DNA of 64,000 nucleotides from Scenedesmus sp. PABB004 (Eukaryota): NCBI GenBank assembly GCA_014905635.1, contig JABVCE010000003.1, positions 1,674,001 to 1,738,000 of the forward strand, read 5' to 3'. Shown piece by piece: positions 59,070 to 64,000 of this stretch (position 1 is its first letter; each line of letters starts with the position of its first letter). The notes under the pieces were generated by a model. It saw only the letters and a program-made list of their open reading frames with translations, ran no database searches and was not told where the DNA came from. The position numbers and the translations under genes were made by a program.

Positions 59070-62000
59070 CGTCATCGACGCGCCCAGCGCAGGTGGGGCC
59101 GGTCAGCGCGGCGCCCGCGCCCCGGCCGGCGCCGCGCCGCGCTGCGTGGGCTCGGGCTCGCGTTCAGGGCCCCGGGCGTGTGTGACTATAACAGCGGTGC
59201 TCTGAGCGCGCGTTCGGGCCGCGCCGGCGCGCGGTCAGCCGCGGTGTCCCGCGCCGCGCGCGGGCGCGCACGGCGCTGCTCGCGCCGCCGGCTGCGCTGC
59301 TGACGCGCCGCGCGCGCTGCTGCGCCCCCTCGTCGCGCACAGGCGCCTGGGGCGGCTCCGCGGCGTCGGGGCGGCGCCTGCTGCAGCGCCAGACGAGCGG
59401 CGAGCCGGAGCCGCTCATGCGGTGGCTCGTCGACAAGCACAACGAGCTGCGCGCGCGGCACGCCGTGCCGCCCCTGGCCTGGGACTGGGACCTGGCCTGG
59501 AGCGCGTACGCCTACGTCTCGAGCTGCCCCAACGGCCACAGCGGCGTGCAGGGCATCGGCGAAAACCTGGCGTGGGGCCACCACGACTTCAACCACGCGA
59601 TGCGCGACTGGTACGACGAGGTGAGAGGCGCAGAGGCAGACAGACAGACAGACAAACTGTCTGACCAACAGACAGACGGGAGCGCCGCTGCCGCGCTGGG
59701 CGGCGCCTGACGGGGCGCTGAGGCGCGCGGCGCGCGCCGCGCCGCCGCGGCACTCGGCGCAGATCCAGTTTTACCGCTTCACCGCGCCCGGCTTTGCCGA
59801 GAACACGGGCCACTTCACGCAGCTCGTGTGGCGCAGCGCGGCCAAGATCGGCTGCGCGGCCAACCTGCGCTGCCGCTTCAAGACCTGGATCTGCCAGCTC
59901 ACGCCCCCGGGTGCGGCGGCGCGCGGGGCGCGCGACGCGCGGCGCCAGCTTGGCAGAGCCGGCGCGTGCCGCGCCCGTCGCGCGCTGGGTGTGCTGCGCA
60001 CGCTGCGCAGCGCCTGCTCGCGCCCCCACCACCGCGCTCCACCACCGCGCCTCCGCCCGCGCGCCCGCGCGCCCCGCCCGGCAGGCAACCTGGTCAACTA
60101 TGGCGGCAGCGTCGACGTCGGGCTGTGGACGTCCGAGGTCCCCCCGCCCGGCGCCGCGTGGGTCACCGGCAACGCGCCCGACGGCGCGCCGACCTACGCG
60201 AGCTACGACCCCACCGGCGCGACGACCGCGGGCCTGCCGCAGCCGCAGTACGGCGAGCTCAAGAACTTTGGCTACGTGCCCAAGCCCGGCACCGCGCTGC
60301 TGCTGCGCGGCTGGCAGCGCTTCGTGCCGGGGGCGGTCCTGTCGGCCTACATTCCCGCCGCCGTGCTCGCGGCGCACGTGCCGGCCGAGGTGCTCGCTAT
60401 GCTGGCGCCGACGCACGACGCGCCCGGCGGCGCCGCGCGGCCCGCGCGGGCGGTCGTCGGCTGGCAGCTCGACGTGCCCGCGGCGGTCGTGCGCGCATAC
60501 GTGCCGCTGGAGGTGCTGCTGCGCTACGTGCCCCAGGGCGCGGTGCTCGCGGACGACGACGCGCCGCTGCCGCCGCGCGCGCGCGCCAACGCCACAGGCC
60601 CCGCGCCGGCGGCCGCGCCGGCGGCGGTGGCGCCCGCGCCGGGCACGGCGGCGGCCGTGCTCAAGCCCCGCCCCGCCGGCGGCCTGCTCGCCGGCCTGCT
60701 CGGCGACCTCGCCGGCGACCTGCCCGGCCAGGGCCCCGCGCCGGCGGGCGCCGCGGCGCCGGCCGGCGCCATCACCGCGACCACGACCTACGTGCCCGTC
60801 TCCACGGCCGGCGGCGGCACCGCCTACGTCCCCGCCGCGACGGCCTACGCCCCCGCCGCCGCGCCCGGCGCCGCCGGCTACGCCCCGGCGGTGGCGCAGC
60901 CGTACGGCCCGCCGCCCGCGGGCGCCACCACGCCCGCGTACTATCCCGCCGCGCCCTCGGCGGGCACGGGCTACGGCGGCGCGCCCACCTACTACGCGGG
61001 GCAGCCCGTCGGCGCGGTGCCGCTGCCGGGGCGGCGCAGCCCGCGCCGGCGCAGCCGCCCGCGGCCGCCGGCCCTGCTGGCGCCGCCGCGCCGGCGCTCT
61101 CGCCCGACCTCGCCGCCGCGCTGGACCGGCACAATGCGTACCGTGCGCGCCACGGCGCGCCGCCGCTCGCCTGGGACGCGAGCCTCGCGGCGGCGGCGGC
61201 GAGCTACGCAGCAGGCTGCCCGCAGGGCCACAGTGGCCGCTCCGGCGTGGGCGAGAACATGGGCTGGGGCTTCCCCGACGCCGTGTCGGCGGTGGACGCC
61301 TGTGCGCCGCGCCGCCGCCGGGGGCAGCCTGGGCGCACAGCGCGCAGTGCACAGCACGCGCCCTGCCGCGCGCCAGGCCCGCCCTGAACCGCCCTGAACC
61401 GCCGCCGCCCCTGCCGCGCCCCCGACCGCGCAGGGGCAGCTGAGATGCCGGCATACAGCTGGGCCGCGCCCGGCTACACGCCCGCGGCGCTGCGCTTCAC
61501 GCAGCTCGTGTGGGCCAGCAGCGAGGCGGTCGGCTGCGCCGTCGCGGCGGGGTGCGCCATGGCCACCGTGGTCTGCCAGTACTACCCAGCGGGTGCGCCC
61601 GCAGGCTGCTGCTGAGCCCGCGGCCGCCGCGCCGCGCCCCCGGCCGCCACGCCCCCGCTCGCGCTCACGCGCCCCTCACTCACGCGCGCCGCGCCGCGCG
61701 CCAGGCAACGTGATCGGCCGCGACTGGTCTGCCAATGTGCGCCCGCCCGTGCCGCCGACCGGGAGCGCCGCGGCGGCGGTGCCCAAGCCCGGCGCGCCCG
61801 AGCCGCCGGCCGCGGCGGGCGCCGTCCAGCCGCCGCGCCTGCAGCTGCCCGAGGCGCGTCCGGCGGCGTTCTGGGCGCGCGTGGGCGAGCCGCGCGCCAA
61901 CAACGGCACGCCCGTCTCGATGGCCGCCGCGGCCGCCGGCCACCCCGCGGCGGCGGCGCTGCTGGCGCCGGAGCTGGCCGCCGCGCTGGACCGGCACAAC

Positions 62001-62219
62001 GCGTACCGCGCGCGCCACGGCGCGCCGCCGCTCGCCTGGGACGCGAGCCTCGCGTCCACCGCGCAGGCGTGGGCCGCGACCTGCCCCGGCGGCCACAGCG
62101 GCACCAAGGGCGCGGGCGAGAACATGGCCTGTGAGCGGCGGCGGCGGCGGCAGCCTGCGGCGCCGGCGCCTGCGCCCCCGCGCGCGCCCGCAGCAAGGAG
62201 GGCCACTGCGCCGCGCCCA

Positions 62220-62255
<36 letters not shown>

Positions 62256-64000
62256 GCTCGCAGGGGGCTATGCCAGCCTGTCTGACGCGGCGGACGCCTG
62301 GTACGACGAGGTGCGCGCCCGCCTGATCCCCTGCCGCCGCCGCGCGGGCGGGCCGCCGCGCCCGCGCTGTGCCCGCCGCGCCCGCCGGCCGACCGGCCCT
62401 CGCCCCGCGCCGCGCCGCAGGTGAAGCTGTTTGACTTTTTCCGCCCGGGCTGGTCCCCCGCGACGGGGCACTTTACCCAGCTCGTGTGGGCCTCCACCAC
62501 CCGGCTCGGCTGCGCGGTCAACACCCGCTGCGACTGGGCGACCTACGTCTGCCAGTACGCCGCGCCCGGCAACGTGCTGGGCGTGGACTGGGCGGTCCAG
62601 GTGCTGCCGGCGCGGCAGGCGGGCGACGCGCCCGCCGCGGCGCCGTCCGGGCCCACGCCCGCGCCGAGCGCGGCGCCCGCCGAGTCGCCCGCAACGAGCC
62701 CGGAGCTGGCCCAGGCGCTGGAGCGCACCAACGCTCACCGCGCGCGCTACCAGGTGCGGGGCGCACGCGCACGCCGCTGCGCAGGCTGCGCCGCCGCGCC
62801 GTGCCGCGCCGCTCAGCACGCGCCGCCGCGTGCCTCGAGACACTCGACAGGCGGCCCCGCTCGCCTGGGACGCGGCGCTCGCCGCCGGCGCAGCCCGCTG
62901 GGCGGCGACCTGCCCCAGCGGGCACAGCGGCACGGCGGGGGTCGGCGAGAACGTGGCCTGTGAGCGCTCGGCGCGCCGCTCGCGGGGCTGCCGCCGCGCG
63001 CGCCGCCGGGCGCGCGCTCAGCCGCATTGCCGCCCCGCTCTGGGCTTGCGTGCGCAGGGGGGCAGGGCAGCCTGGCCGCCGCGGTCGACGCGTGGGCGAG
63101 CGAGGCGGCGTCGTACAGCTTTGGCCGCCCCGGCTGGTTGTCCACGACCGGCCACTTCACCCAGCTCGTGTGGGCCGGCACCACCCGGCTCGGCTGCGCG
63201 GCCAACCGCAACTGCAGCTGGGCGACGTACATCTGCCAGTACTCGCCGCCCGGCAACGTGCTGGGCGGCGACTGGTCCGCGCAGGTCCAGCCCGCCGTGC
63301 CGGGCGCGGCCGCGCTGCCCGCGCTGCCCCCGCTGGCGGCGCCGCCCAAGGCGAGCCCGAGCCCCAGCCCCGCGCCGCGCCTCGCGGCGCCGCGCGCCTC
63401 GCCGCCGCCGTCGCCTGCGGCCGTGGCTTCCCCGTCGCCCAAGCCCCTGCTGCGCTCCTCGCCGTCGCCGGCGCCGGCGGCCGCCAGCCCATCGCCCCGG
63501 CCGGCCGTGGCCAGCCCGTCGCCGCGGCCCGCGGCGGCCAGCCCGTCGCCCTCGCCGGCGGTGGTGGTCAGGCCGTCACCGTCGCCGTCGCCCTTGCCCT
63601 CGCCGTCGCCCTCGCCGGCGCCGCTGCGCCCCGCCACGCCCGACCTCGCCGCGGCCCTGGACGTGACCAACGCCCTCCGCGCGATGCACCAGGTGCGCCG
63701 CGCTGCGACCGACGGCGGGCGCGCGGGCTGCGCCGGCCGGCTGCGCAGGGCGCGGCGCGCCCCGCGCTGCCCGCTGACGCCGCGCCGCGCGCCGCCGCCG
63801 CGCCGCCGCGCCGCACAGGCGGCGCCGCTGGCCTGGAACGCGAGCCTCGCCGCGAGCGCCGCCGCGTGGGCGGCGACGTGCGAGTTCACGGTCAGCGGCA
63901 CGCCGGGCGTGGGCGAAGCGATCGGCTTTGGCTACGCCAGCTTCCCCGAGGCGCTGCGCGACTGGCACGGCCAGGTGTCGGCATATGACTTTGGGTCCCC
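58960..64000 (+). CDS. Secreted multi-CAP (SCP/PR-1) domain protein, at least 5 domains with Pro-rich linkers; runs off the window
   Basis: Signal peptide and RRLLQ site. Repeated HN..RA.H...PLAWD..LA, GENLA/GENMA, TGHFTQLVW....GCA and CQY..PGN at about 59430, 61120, 61985, 62720 and 63655. Confidence 0.92.

Overview
Extremely GC-rich, intron-containing eukaryotic nuclear DNA, most consistent with a chlorophyte green alga (Sphaeropleales-like, inferred from short GC-rich introns, TGTAA poly(A) signals and intronless stem-loop histone genes). Most of the six-frame ORF track is shadow ORFs; the gene models here were assembled by eye across GT/GC-AG introns, so spans are approximate. Housekeeping genes: OPR/RAP protein, THG1, TLDc protein, Rab-GAP TBC, prolyl 4-hydroxylase, an H4-H3 / H2B-H2A histone quartet split by a MYND-finger gene, NDUFA1, FAM114-like, ArfGAP and a multi-CAP (PR-1/SCP) protein. 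The most interesting signal is two independent accessory blocks (about 17.4-27.8 kb and 50.6-57.4 kb). Each is flanked by a long direct duplication of host DNA that leaves both neighbouring genes intact, and each carries an unusual extracellular-type gene. One is a giant Cys-repeat protein. The other is a signal-peptide precursor with two tandem aerolysin/ETX-MTX2-like beta-pore-forming domains separated by RRL sites. Also notable: a conserved GGAAAG element 10-13 nt downstream of all four histone stem-loops, a telomere-like hairpin intron bounded by a 10-bp exon duplication, and frequent GC-AG introns.
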